A stretch of DNA of 64,000 bases from Octopus sinensis (Eukaryota): contig NC_043011.1 in assembly GCF_006345805.1 (NCBI RefSeq), forward strand, positions 25,184,464-25,248,463, in the 5' to 3' direction. Numbering within the stretch: the stretch's first letter is position 1; every line of letters begins with the position of its first letter. Both the position numbers and the translations under genes were made by a program. Below the pieces are notes generated by a model, which searched no databases, was not told where the DNA came from, and worked only from the letters and a program-made list of their open reading frames with translations. Shown here one piece after another: positions 25,995 through 38,846 of the stretch.

Positions 25995-25996
25995 TC

Positions 25997-27105
25997 ATAT
26001 GCATGTACATATGCGCGTGCATATGTACATGCATACTTCGATATCTTATAGCTATACCCATGTGCGCGTGTGTCTCTGTGTGTGTATATGAGGGTATATG
26101 TGCACGCACATACGGACACACAGCCGTGTGTGCGTGCACGTATTGACATGAGTACGGGATTCTTTACATACGTTCTTATACACATCCTTTAATATCTTAT
26201 ACCTGGACCTAGAGGCGTGGGCATATACGTGTGTGCATGTAGTGATGGGCGCGCGTATATACTTGTGAGCGTGTACGCGCGTAATGTCCGTGTATATATG
26301 CGGATATTCTGTTGTATGTATGTGCGTGTGGGTGCGTGTGTGTTTATGTACGTGTTTACACGCGAGTGCGTGTGTATGCTTATAGGCTTGGAGGCGTATA
26401 TGTACGCGTGTATGTGGGTGTATATATCCATGATGATATGTATGTACTAGAAGTCCATTTAATTCAAGGAACCAGATTAAATGCTCATCAGCTCTGATTT
26501 ACAACGCATTAAGTCCCCAGACGAAACTGATGATGTACTGACAATTCTACAACTAAATTTTATCAATCTCCTGACCACCATGCTTGGTCCATAACCTCTA
26601 TACATCCCTTATCTTTACACTCTTTTACACTTTTATCATGTTTTTATCAGGTTTTTTTACTTTTATTTATTTTTCTATTTTTACTTTATATTTCTTTATA
26701 CCCCCTTTACATCTACTTACAACCCTTTATCCTCTACATTTTTATATTACTCTATACTTACACTTTTTATACATTTTTTATCCCTCGTCCCGAACTCTCG
26801 CCCCTCCATCTTCACCTCTATATATGTATTTATTTATTTACATTACCTCAACATCCAATTTTCCTCATTCTACATTGAGAGAAGAAAGAGATGGGCGCTT
26901 CAACTCTATGCTGCTGCCGCATTATGTCGTACGTGAATGAGAGGATTTGCATCCCCAACCAAGAATTTTTGATGTAACACATGTCCTTGTGGAAGCTGTT
27001 GTGCGCGGCTGAAGAAGGCCACAGACATACATTATGCATTGTTATAAATCTGTCTAATAAAGGCCCGAAACATATGTACCGCTGAATCCTTCGCATCATG
27101 TTTTT
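25997..27105 (+). mobile_element. Inverted second copy of the PLE 3' end
   Basis: Reverse complement of ~23927-24975 with scattered substitutions and indels; ends CGCATCATGTTTTT then (TA)n. Confidence 0.9.
27005..27082 (+). ncRNA. Minimal type I hammerhead ribozyme
   Basis: GCGG(27005)-CTGAAGA-AGGCC...GGCCC-GAAAC-ATAT-GTA-CCGC(27082); predicted cleavage after 27078. Confidence 0.85.
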
Positions 27106-27339
27106 ATATATATATATATATACATACATGCATACGTATATATATATATATATATATATACATACATTCATGCATACATATATATATATACACATTCATA
27201 CATTCATGCATACATATATATATATACATACATTCATACATATATATATACTGGCATACACATATACATGCATACATATATACACATGCATACATACCTT
27301 ATATATATATACACAGCTTCAGTGCACTGTAGGATAGCA

Positions 27340-28590
27340 ACACTCCTCATAAGAGATGGTACACTCACAGGAAACCCAATGAGGATAAGTGAAATACTAA
27401 ATTAGCAAATTCAAAAGTATTTTCACTCCACCTCTAGGACACTTACAAGTCGGCAATCCAGCTGACTTTTTACCACTTCAGATATAAAAACAGAGGCAGT
27501 GATGATCTATTACATCAATATAAACAAAGACAATGTAATATGGGCTATAGATGAAATGAACCCTAACTCAGCTACTGGCCCTGATGGAATCCCAGCAATC
27601 CTTCTAAAAGTATGTAAGCAAGTCCTAGCGAGACCACTGCAGTCCCTCTTTCAAAGCTTCCCTGCAACTGGTAAACTTCCAAGAAACTGAATGAGGTTAA
27701 AAAAAATGCCCTAATCATAAAGGAAGTAGCAGAGTGGAGCCCAAGAACTACAGACCTATCTCTCTGACTTCACACATCAGTAAGGTCATGGAACGAATAG
27801 TCAAAAGAAAACTAATTGCCTTCCTTGAAGAAAATGACTTGCTGCCTCACACCTAATCTGGCTTCAGACCAGGAAGCAGCTGCCTGACACAGCTCTTACA
27901 ACACTCTGACTGGGTGCTGAAACAGCTGCTCAACCACTCAAATGTGGAAGTGATATATCTCGACTTTGCAAAGGCCTTTTATAAAGTCAATCATGGAATG
28001 ATATGTCACAAACTACCTGATCTCAGCATAGTCGGAAAATTGGAAAAATGGCTTCATGACAGATAGAAGTCACGTGGTAGTAGCCAATGGGACCGCCTCC
28101 AATGACATGCAAATACAGAGCAGTATTCCGCAAGCCACTGTTACAAGAGCACTACCGTTCATAATGGCCCTCTCAGACATGCCCTCAGCCACACAGAGAG
28201 AGAGACACGATCATAAGGTATGCAGATGATACAAAAGTCTCACAGGTAATACAGAACCCTGAAGACACTATGCACCCACAATGTGAGCGGGATGTAATGT
28301 AGAAGTGGGCTGAAAAGAATAGCATGCAGTTTAGTGCCTAAAAAATTTTAAGCCTTGTGGTATCAGCATGCGAAACTAAATGCAATACCCATTAAATACA
28401 CAGATCTGGAGAGATTGCAATCCCAGAGGCACAATCAGTGCAAGACCTGGGCATTTACATGAGCAATGATGAATCCTTCAATGTGCATGTTGCTAAATTG
28501 GCAATGAAATGCAGGCGGCTGTGTGTGGATTCTTAGAAATTTTACAACAAGAAATAAGGAAACTGTGATGATCCCCTGGAGGACACTTGT
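27340..28590 (+). mobile_element. Decayed CR1-clade LINE RT fragment
   Basis: TGPDGIPAILLK, KNYRPISLTSHISKVMERIV, GFRPGSSCLTQLL, IYLDFAKAF, YADDTK, with stops and frameshifts. Confidence 0.9.
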
Positions 28591-28859
28591 ATATATACAT
28601 GTAGACACACACATATAAACAACTTATATATAAGGGCAAACGAAAAAATTTTTAATGCCAAATATGCCGAAATTGGACACATTGTCCATAACCATATAAT
28701 TTTTCACAATACACACGCTACTCGAAAAAGGTCGACAGAAATTTCTAAAAAATTCCATTATTACCATATCATTCAGATTTCAGGGTTAGTTCATAAGAAC
28801 CCTCCCTTCGTCAGTGATAAATGTGGCAAAGAAATAAATGAGATACTTACTCATACCCA

Positions 28860-29064
28860 TATATATATATAATATATATTATATATTATATATATACCAT
28901 ATATATATATATACAAATATATATACAATATATATATATATATATACAAATATATACACACACATATATAAACATATACACATTGACATACAAACAAATA
29001 TTTATATATACACATACGTATATGTATACATAAATATACACATTTATTTCAATATATATATATA

Positions 29065-29140
<76 letters not shown>

Positions 29141-30840
29141 AATGTATATATATATATATACATACACATTCATATATACATATATATATACACACACACA
29201 CATATACATATATACACACACACACACATATATACACACACACACACATATATATATATACACATATACATGTATATATATACATATATACACATACATA
29301 TACATATTCCTTTATATATACATATGTACACACATACATATATACACACATATACATATATAAACACACATAAATATGTATATACACACAAATATATATA
29401 TATATACACATATATACACACATACATATATACACACATATACAGATATATATACACATCTACATATATAGGAAGGGCATCCTGGCGTTAGGAAGGGCAT
29501 CCAGCTGTAGAAACACTGCCAGATCAGACTGGGCCTCGCGCTGGCTTCGCAGACCCCAGTTGAACCGTCCAACCCATGCTAGCATGGAAAACAGATGTTA
29601 AACGATGATGATGATACACACATATACAGATATATATATGCATATATAAACATATACAGACATATATACATATATACACACACAGACATATACACATATA
29701 TATACATATATACACACAGAAACATATACACATGTATATACCTATATACACACATATAGACATATATATATATATACACACACATATAGACACATACAAA
29801 TATATATATACATATATACACATATACACACATACAAATATATATATACATATATACACATATGTATACATATATACAGATATATATACATATGTACACA
29901 CATATACAGATATATATACATATGTACACACAGTTATATATACATATATACACACAGTTATATATACATATATAGACACATAAACATATATATACACATG
30001 CACGCACTCATAAGCGCAGGCATGCATACGCTCAGGCACGTGCACGCACGGACACGCACACACACGTAGACATACATACATATAAACACATACATATAGA
30101 CATATACATACATAGACACATACATATATATACATACATATAGACACATACATACATATAGACATATAGACACAATACATACACATACACACTTACATAT
30201 ATATACACACACACACACATATGTATGCACATATATACACATACACACATGTATGTACATATATACACATACACACATGTATGTACATATATACACATAC
30301 ACACGTACGTACATATATACACATACACATGTATGCACATATATACACATACACATGTATGAACATATATACACATACACATGTATGAACATATATACAC
30401 ATACACATGTATGAACATATATACACATACACATGTATGAACATATATACACATATGTATACACATATATACATACATATATGTATACACATATATACAT
30501 ACATATATGTATACACATATATACATACATATATGTATACACATATATACATACATATATGTATACACATATATACATACATATATGTATACACATATAT
30601 ACATATATGTATACACACAGATATACATAAATATGTATGCACATAGAGATACATAAATATGTATACACATAGATATACATAACTATATGTACACTTATAT
30701 GTACATAGATATACACAAATAAATATACACATATGTACATACATATACACAAATAAATATACACATATGTACATACATATACACATAAATATACATATCT
30801 TTTATATATATATATATATATCTATATATATATATATATA
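28860..30840. repeat. Compound (TA)/(CA) microsatellite field
   Basis: Low-complexity alternating tract interrupted by an RTE tail. Confidence 0.95.
29471..29615 (+). mobile_element. RTE 3' tail fragment
   Basis: TTAGGAAGGGCATCCAGCTGTAGAAACACTGCC...CCAACCCATGCTAGCATGGAAAACAGATGTTAAACGATGATGATGAT. Confidence 0.85.
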
Positions 30841-31489
30841 AATGAACAAAAACGCAATTCAGACATTAAAATATTCAGACAGACGATACAAAGGCAGACA
30901 AGAGAAACCACAATTAGAGGGACAGGCAGAGAAAAAAAATGAGTCATTCGTGGCTTTCTTTCCTCAGTCAAGTTCCAGAAGTAACGACTATCTCGGGCAG
31001 TTACGCTACAGATGGTTCGATCTGGTTGCCCCCAAAACATCTAAGCTCAGGCATTAGACCTCTTTGTAAGAAATGTGTATGGCAACAAAAAAAAAAAAAA
31101 AAAAAAATGCTGAACAGTCTCCAGTTATACGAATACAGATAAGAAATAACAACAGGTGTCTTTTCACTGAGAACGAATCAAATTGAGCTGCCGAGTATGA
31201 AGTGAAAACCTACAGACAGGAACATAGACAGACATAAGAGTTGTTGGCAGTCCCAGCCAGGCCAAGAAAGAAAGATCATGGCTGGCCGGTCATGTAGAAG
31301 AAGAGATGGATAAGGGGCAGCGGGATTGAAGGATTAGAAAAAAAATCAGAGAGAAAGAGGAATATACAGGGGAGATAAACAAGTGGGGAAATAGTGGGAG
31401 TTAAAGAAAAAGAGGGCCAAAATGTGAGAGAGGAAGAGAAAAAGGAAGAAAATTGAGAAGGGGTATAAAAGTTTGACTAAGAGTGGTAC

Positions 31490-31504
31490 AGAATTTATAT
31501 ATGC

Positions 31505-31536
<32 letters not shown>

Positions 31537-32560
31537 CCCATACATATATATATACACATACATACACACACATGTATATACATATATGCATATGTACATA
31601 TACACAGAAACATAATATACACATATATACATATACATTTACATATATATATATACATAAACATATATACACACATATTTATATACTATATATATACAAA
31701 TATCCATATATACATATGCATATAGATATATACACATATATGCATATACATATACACATGCATATACATATACACATGCATATACACATACACATGCATA
31801 TACATATATACACATATGCATATAGATATGTACACATATATGCATATAGATATATACACATATGCATATAAAGACATATGCATATATACACATATGCATA
31901 TACATATATACACATATGCATATACATATATACACATATGCATATACATATATGCACATATGCATATATACACATATGCATATATACACATATGCATATA
32001 CATATATACACATGCATATACATATATACACATATGCATATATACACATGCATATGCATATATACACATGCATATGCATATATACACATATACATATGCA
32101 TATATACACATGCATATGCATATATACACATGCATATACATATATACACATGCATATACATATATACACATGCATATACATATATACACATGCATATACA
32201 TATATACACATGCATATACATATATACACATACATGCATATACATATATACACATATATGCATATAGATATATACACATATATGCATATAGATATAAACA
32301 CATGCATATACATATATACACATATACATATATACACATATGCATATAAACACATGCATATACATATATACACATATGCATATACATATATACACATATG
32401 CATATATACACATATACATATATACACATATGCATATAAACACATGCATATACATATATACACATATGCATATACATATATACACATATACATATATATA
32501 CACATGCACACACACATATATACATATGTACATATACATACATGTATATATATGTATACA
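31490..32560. repeat. CATATA/CACATG minisatellite-like tract
   Basis: Repeats of ACACATGCATATACATATAT and variants. Confidence 0.95.
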
Positions 32561-32565
32561 GTCTA

Positions 32566-34560
32566 TGCCTGTAACTGCCCCCACCGAATTGATCTCAAAA
32601 TACGTTGACCATGTCCTTACCCGCCTAGTGGCTTCCCTCCCCTACCACATCCATGACACTAACCATGCTCTTCGTATTTTCAACTCTATCCGCTTCTCCC
32701 CTAATACCTCCAAACTTCTCTTCACTCGACATCAAGATTCTATATACAGTGGTCCCACACAACGAAGGATTCCTTGCACTCTAACACTTCCTCGACCTTT
32801 TATCCAACCTGACACCTCTACACTTCTTCGTCTGGCTGAACTCATTTCCTCCCTCAACTGCTTCACATTCGTGGGTCATTTTACCAGCATTTCTTGGGAG
32901 TAGCCATAGGAACAAGAATGGGCCCCAACTATGTGAACCTTTACAGTGGCTACGTTGAGGCCCAAATACTCTTATGATTCGTTGGTCCCACTCTTGAACT
33001 ATACTGTCATTATACTGATACTGTACCCTAACCCTAACCTCACTCTCCCTCGAACAACTAGACTCCTTCCTCTGGTTTGTCCAATCCTTCCATCCTACCC
33101 TCAAATTCTCCTGCACAATTTCCAACACTTCATTCACATTTCTCAACATTGCAGTCAACATACATCACAAACACACCAACTCACTCACACTCATACCTTA
33201 ACCCCCTCCTCTTCCCACCCTAGCCACACCAAGCTCTCCATCCCCTACTCCCAATTCCATCTGCGGAGGCCGTACAGTGACGACAATGACTTTGAGACTC
33301 AATCTCAACTCATGGCTCGCCACTTCATCATCATCATCATCATCATCATCATTTAACGTCCGCTTTCCATGCTAGCATGGGTTGGACGGTTCAACTGGGG
33401 TCTGGGGAGCCCGAAAGCTGCACCAGTCCAGTCAGATCTGGCAGTGTTTCTACAGCTGGATGCCCTTCCTAACGCCAACCACTCCGAGAGTGTAGTGGGT
33501 GATTTTATGTGCCACCGACACAGGTGCCAGACGAGGCTGGCAAACGGCCACGCTCGGATGGTGTTTTTTATGTGCCACCGACACAGGTGCCAGACGAGGC
33601 TGGCAGACGGCCACGCTCGGATGGTATCCTTCTTGGATATCCCCTCACCACTACCCACACAGCCCTTGCCAGAGCACATTCCATAGATCGTGCCTCTGAT
33701 CTCTCTCCCGGCACCCACCCCACCATTTCCCCTCACCTACCCATCCAATACACCATTCTCCAAGCCTCCCAGCAACTCCAGTCTGACTCCTCCACCCCGC
33801 TCATCTTCCCAAACTTACCCCTTGCTTCATTCAAACAAGCTGACAACCTGAATGACCTCCTGGTCCACAGTTTTTTCCCTAACCTCACCTCCCAACATCC
33901 TGTACCTGCACTTCTAGCAATGTCATTTACTGCATCTCCTGCTCTTTCTTCGTTTTTCTGTACATCGGTAAAACAGGACACCGCTTGGTTGACCAGTTCG
34001 CAGGGCAACTCCGAGGCATCAGACTCGGCAATGACACCCTGGTCTCATGCCATTTCTGCTCTACCAGTCATTCACTACAACACCTTTCTGTCTTTGGATT
34101 ATCTTTGTACAGGGGCCATCTGGAATTAATCTTCTCTCTTCGCTCCTTTGCACCATATGGGCTCAACTCCTTCCTCACTTCATCTGACACCTACTTCCTC
34201 CTTTCACTCCTACCCACCTCTCCTCTCCTCCTCTAACACCTACTTCCTCTCTTCACTCCTACCCACCTGTTCTCTGACACCTAATTCCTCTCTTCATTCC
34301 TACCCACCTTATGACATCGATACCCCCTCCAACCACATCCGCACCCCACAGACTAGTACTGACCATTTCCCTACCCCAACATCCCTACATCACACCACCC
34401 CACACCACTCGACACGCACTAGCACTGACCACTTCCCAGCGCCCACACCACCATCATCCACAAACCTACACATTACACATGCACACACACAAGCATACAT
34501 CCACACACGTCAAAGTCACTAGCTCCCCCTCCCCACATATTCTCACATATACGTACATGC
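32566..34560 (+). mobile_element. Second decayed Penelope-like element (same family as 14605-17080), 5'-truncated
   Basis: LVASLPYHIHDTNHALRIF, TLLRLAELISSLNCF, MGPNY and a YIG remnant (TGTACATCGGTAAAACAGG); similar 3' region. Confidence 0.85.
33326..33625 (-). mobile_element. Young RTE 3' end nested in the PLE
   Basis: Nearly identical to 20516-20820; PLE sequence resumes at 33626. Confidence 0.9.
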
Positions 34561-35409
34561 ACATGCACCTTCATTTTAGGAATATATATATATACACATG
34601 TGCATATATACATACATATACCATCGTGTGTGTGTGTGTGTGTGTGTGTGCGTTTTTAACTCATAGCTGAGTTTCAGCAAAAGAGATCAACAAAATAAGT
34701 ACCAGACTTTGAAAATAAATACTGGTGTTAATTTGCTTGACTAACCCTCCAAGCTAGTGTCCCTGTATGACTGCAGGCCAATGATTGAAGCATGTTAAAA
34801 GGTAAAATATAAATAAATGGGGCAGCAAAGCATTTCCAGTAATTTTAGTAAAAACCCAATGCATCTGTAGTACTGGAATTCATACTAGGAGGAAAGACTT
34901 CCAATTATATTTCTGATGTCATTAAATTTTAGACGATTTAGTGATACAGTTGACTTAGAAGAGTTCCAGTCAGAATTGCTCACTATGTACTAAAGGATTT
35001 TCCCACTACATTGTCAATGTAAACCATACTAAAAAAATGGAATATATGAACAAGACCTGAGTTCCACAAACTAAATTGCAAGTTAGCCATATAGGAGGAG
35101 CACAATAACAGCAAAATTGGAATTGATGCAAGATAGTGTAGGTTGCATGATAAAATGTAACCAATGGGAAATTAAAAACAAGATTCTATAAGCTACATTG
35201 TAAGCTAACCATTTAGGAAGGTGCTCTGATACAGAGTAGAAGGTATTCTTTAACCCTACCACAAATAAGCTTTCTCATGTTCATTCAGTCAACACCTCAA
35301 AGCACTTACAACAACAATGATGGCTAATTCATTTTTTATTGTGTTTGCCAGATCATAAAAAGGGATGTGACGCTGTTAGATGTCAATATGGAAAAACAAA
35401 CACAAAGAC

Positions 35410-35645
35410 AATCATCATCATCATCATTTAACGTCTGTGTTCCATGCTCACATGGGTGGGACGATACCACAAGAGCCAGACAGGCCAAAGCCTTCACCAG
35501 ACTTCTGTGACTGTTTTGGCATGGCAGGATTTTTACAGCTGGATGTCCTTCCTAACACCAACCACTAAGCATAATGAACTTAATGCTTTTTATGTGGCGC
35601 AAGCATAGGCATGATGAGTAGTGTTTTTTTTTATGTGGCACAAAC
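35410..35645 (-). mobile_element. Old RTE-tail fragment
   Basis: CATCATCATCATTTAACGTCTGTGTTCCATGC...TACAGCTGGATGTCCTTCCTAACACC. Confidence 0.7.
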
Positions 35646-36199
35646 ACAGTGCTGATTAATATTGTTAAAATACATGCAATAAATAATAATGCAAGATTTA
35701 CAAAACAATATCAACTTGTAAAGATTTTTCCAACACGTTTTCCAATGGAAAAGATGAGTAGGAAGCTTTTTCAACAGAAGCATTGCGATAATAGTTTGGC
35801 AAGGAGCCTATTTACTTTCTGATCTCATTTACTAACAAAACAGACTCTAAGACATGACTTGGCTAAATCTAGAATAATTCTTTTATATTGCTTTAAACAA
35901 ACAAATATTGTCATCTACAGAAGCAGAAATACAAATGCCATGAAATTGGTTAAAATGTTTATTGATGAAATTTTTCATGTTAGATGTATAAATGTATTTA
36001 TGCATGAACTTTTGTAAAACCTTATTTCCAGTTGGCAAGGAAAACTTGAGAAACTTGTCACATAAGGAGTAAGTTTCCTTTAGAAATTGCTGCTCATAAA
36101 AGTTCTTTGAAACTTATCAAGAATAGGCTATGTACATAGTGTCTAATCTGAAAAAACTATAAATATCAATTATTAAATATAATTGCAAGTTGCTTAGTG

Positions 36200-36390
36200 A
36201 CTTCACTGGGGATGGTACCATGTAAAAGGCAGTCAGTACATGCTGTAAAGTGATAGGCATTAGGAAGGGTACCCAACCATTGAAACCATGCCAAAGCAGG
36301 CAGTAAAACTTGGCAGCGTCCTCTGGTTCGCCAGCTCCCGTCAAACCACCCAACCCATGCCAGCATGGAAAACAGGCATGATGATGACGA
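36200..36390 (+). mobile_element. Old RTE-tail fragment
   Basis: GGCATTAGGAAGGGTACCCAACC...CCAACCCATGCCAGCATGGAAAACAGGCATGATGATGA. Confidence 0.7.
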
Positions 36391-36626
36391 AAACGAATAA
36401 GGAACTTTCAAACTCATGAAAATATTTTGATACATGAAATGATGTACAATTCAGAATATGACTAATATTGTTATGCTAGTCGGGCATCTGGTCCAACCAA
36501 CTGAATAGTTTTGTTATTGTGCCATTTTGCATTTTGGCAGAATGTTGGTTTTTGCTCATACTCTAGCCATCTGGAAAAGCAGTGTATGCAAGAACTGGCT
36601 GATAGTATAAATAGCATCAACTGAAT

Positions 36627-36670
<44 letters not shown>

Positions 36671-37610
36671 TATTTTATCTTCATTTAACATTTGAATCTC
36701 AGTATTGTTTCATTTCATTAACATTGTCGACCATAATCCACCCTCAACATTTCTTGGATTCTTACCTCATATATGATGCATGTAGCAAGACTTCTCAACC
36801 CTAATCATGTGTCCTTTTGGTATACAACTAATATACAATATGACTAGAGAGGCAGATAGACATAAAGAAGAGCCAACTTTGTCTTTTGTAAGATTTCATT
36901 AAAAACTGAGCTTTTATAAAATTTGTCCACAAATTATCAATTACAAATATTTATACACTATGGTTTGCTCAATCCTTTTGATACCATGTTGCTTGAATCT
37001 ACTTCTGGTTCTATGATATAAGATCTAGCCACTTTAAAAAATTTAACACAAAAAGTTCCATCATAGTTGTATTCAAAACGCTTTTGTTGAAGTTGTACTA
37101 TTTACTGAACCCCTCAATCAAATCCATAAATTAAAATACACATACACAATATAGTTTATTAAAAATATGGTCATAGAAAAAAAATTTTTTTTTTGGTTCC
37201 AACTTACTGGGATATCAATTAACTCAATTTTGAGAACACCTATTCTAGTAGATAATATGACGGTACAAAACGAAGTGGCTTGGAGAGATGTAAAATGTTA
37301 TATTCTGAAAGCATTAAAGTGCATTCTTTTTTTAAAAAACAGTGCTTAGCTCTGGTTTATGTATTAAGTAGTTGAAAGATATAACCTCCAATTGGTATTT
37401 TACCACTATCTTGAGTTAACATTCACATATAATCTGCTTATTGATAGTTAAATGAACTAAGTAGTATAAAAGTCTACTACTCATTCAAGCACACAACATA
37501 ATACCTAAACTGGACATAAAATATTCAAGCAGGATAGTCAAATACCACATTTACCCAGATCATGAAAGATGTATTGCAGACTTATTTAAATGTAGTAGGA
37601 ACAAGGGCCT

Positions 37611-38029
37611 AATTCTGCTTTAAGCAATCCATATAATCCCTCGTAACTTTTTTAGTTTTGGGAATTTTCAGAAAATTTTTGCAAATTTATACTCTTCACA
37701 CAAGAATTCATACAACTACAGGGGGGAAAATTCATTTTTATTTTTCGAATTTTTTAAAATCAAAGCTTCAAACAGCTTCACTTTTTTTCTTAAAGGCTAG
37801 CAATAGACCATTAAATTATGGGGAGAGTGACAAAGAAATGAGGAGAGTATCAGGTGGTTGTGAGATGTGCTAAAGATAATAGCTAAATAGCCCTTAAATC
37901 ACACACAATTTTTTTTTTTACCTAATCGTATGGATTCTTGTATGTAAAACACAAATTTGCAAAAATTTTCTGAAAATTCCAAAAGCTAAAAAGTTCTAAG
38001 TGGTTATATGGGGTGCTTAAAGTAGAATT
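37611..38029. mobile_element. MITE-like element with ~100-bp imperfect TIRs
   Basis: AATTCTGCTTTAAGC...GGAATTTTCAGAAAATTTTTGCAAATTT vs AAATTTGCAAAAATTTTCTGAAAATTCC...GCTTAAAGTAGAATT; no clear TSD. Confidence 0.7.
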
Positions 38030-38628
38030 CCACCAGAACAAGTATTAAAATATTAATAATGATAATTTCTTCTCAATGACATTCCTATACTTGACAGCAT
38101 TAAAAGTTGAATGGGCATATTAGATGCACACTTGACAACTGGTGTTGTGTTTATGTCTCTGTAACTTAGTGGTTTGGTAACAAAAGCCTGAAAGAATAAG
38201 TATCAGGCTTAAAAAAATTTTTTAAATGTACTGGGGTTAATCTATACAACTAAAATTCAAGGTGATGCCCCAGCATGGCCACTGTCAAATGACTGAAACG
38301 AGTAACTAAAAAAAATGAGAACATATTTACTCCACGAAAAATCATGTTAGAACTGAAAATGTTAGGTCTTAGAAGCAAAATGAATGCAGCTGAAATAGTT
38401 GAAACTATTCCATAGTAATCATACAAGCCCCAGAAGGAACATCTGTACACTCACTCAACCTCCTAGAAATATCAATCAAATCTCCTTGTATTCACAGCTT
38501 CACATTTAAGAAATGAAAGTCAACATTGAACGATAGTAGTCCTGGATACAGAAAAAAAATTTAAAGGTGTAATTTCATCTATGTCTTTGTCCAATGGTGG
38601 CAAACCAGTTTTCATTATCATCATTTAA

Positions 38629-38846
38629 CCCTTTAGCATCCATATTATTCTGTCAAATATACTGTTTATTTATTCACATTGCTTTGAATTAATCATGCAT
38701 TATCTTATAGCTTTCAGATTTTTATAAGGTAACTTAATTTTTACAATGATACTGTAAGTAGGTAATAAGGGTTCAATTTTAGTCAGTGCGAACATAAAAC
38801 AGGTAAAATATTTTGGCTGGATATGGTCAGTTTAAATGCTAAAGGA
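38629..38846. mobile_element. piggyBac-like MITE, decayed
   Basis: TTAA|CCCTTTAGCAT ... ATGCTAAAGGA|TTCA. Confidence 0.55.

Larger units (their letters stand above)
23845..25996 (-). mobile_element. 5'-truncated Penelope-like element: endonuclease C-terminus, long 3' region, hammerhead
   Basis: Protein remnant at 25785-25994, hammerhead at 23950-24026; outer 1.05 kb repeated in inverted orientation at 25997-27105. Left boundary uncertain (23845-23927). Confidence 0.75.

Noticed and set aside
30935-31050. Minus-strand CTGAGGA...CGAA motif
   Set aside because: Core incomplete and stems do not pair convincingly.
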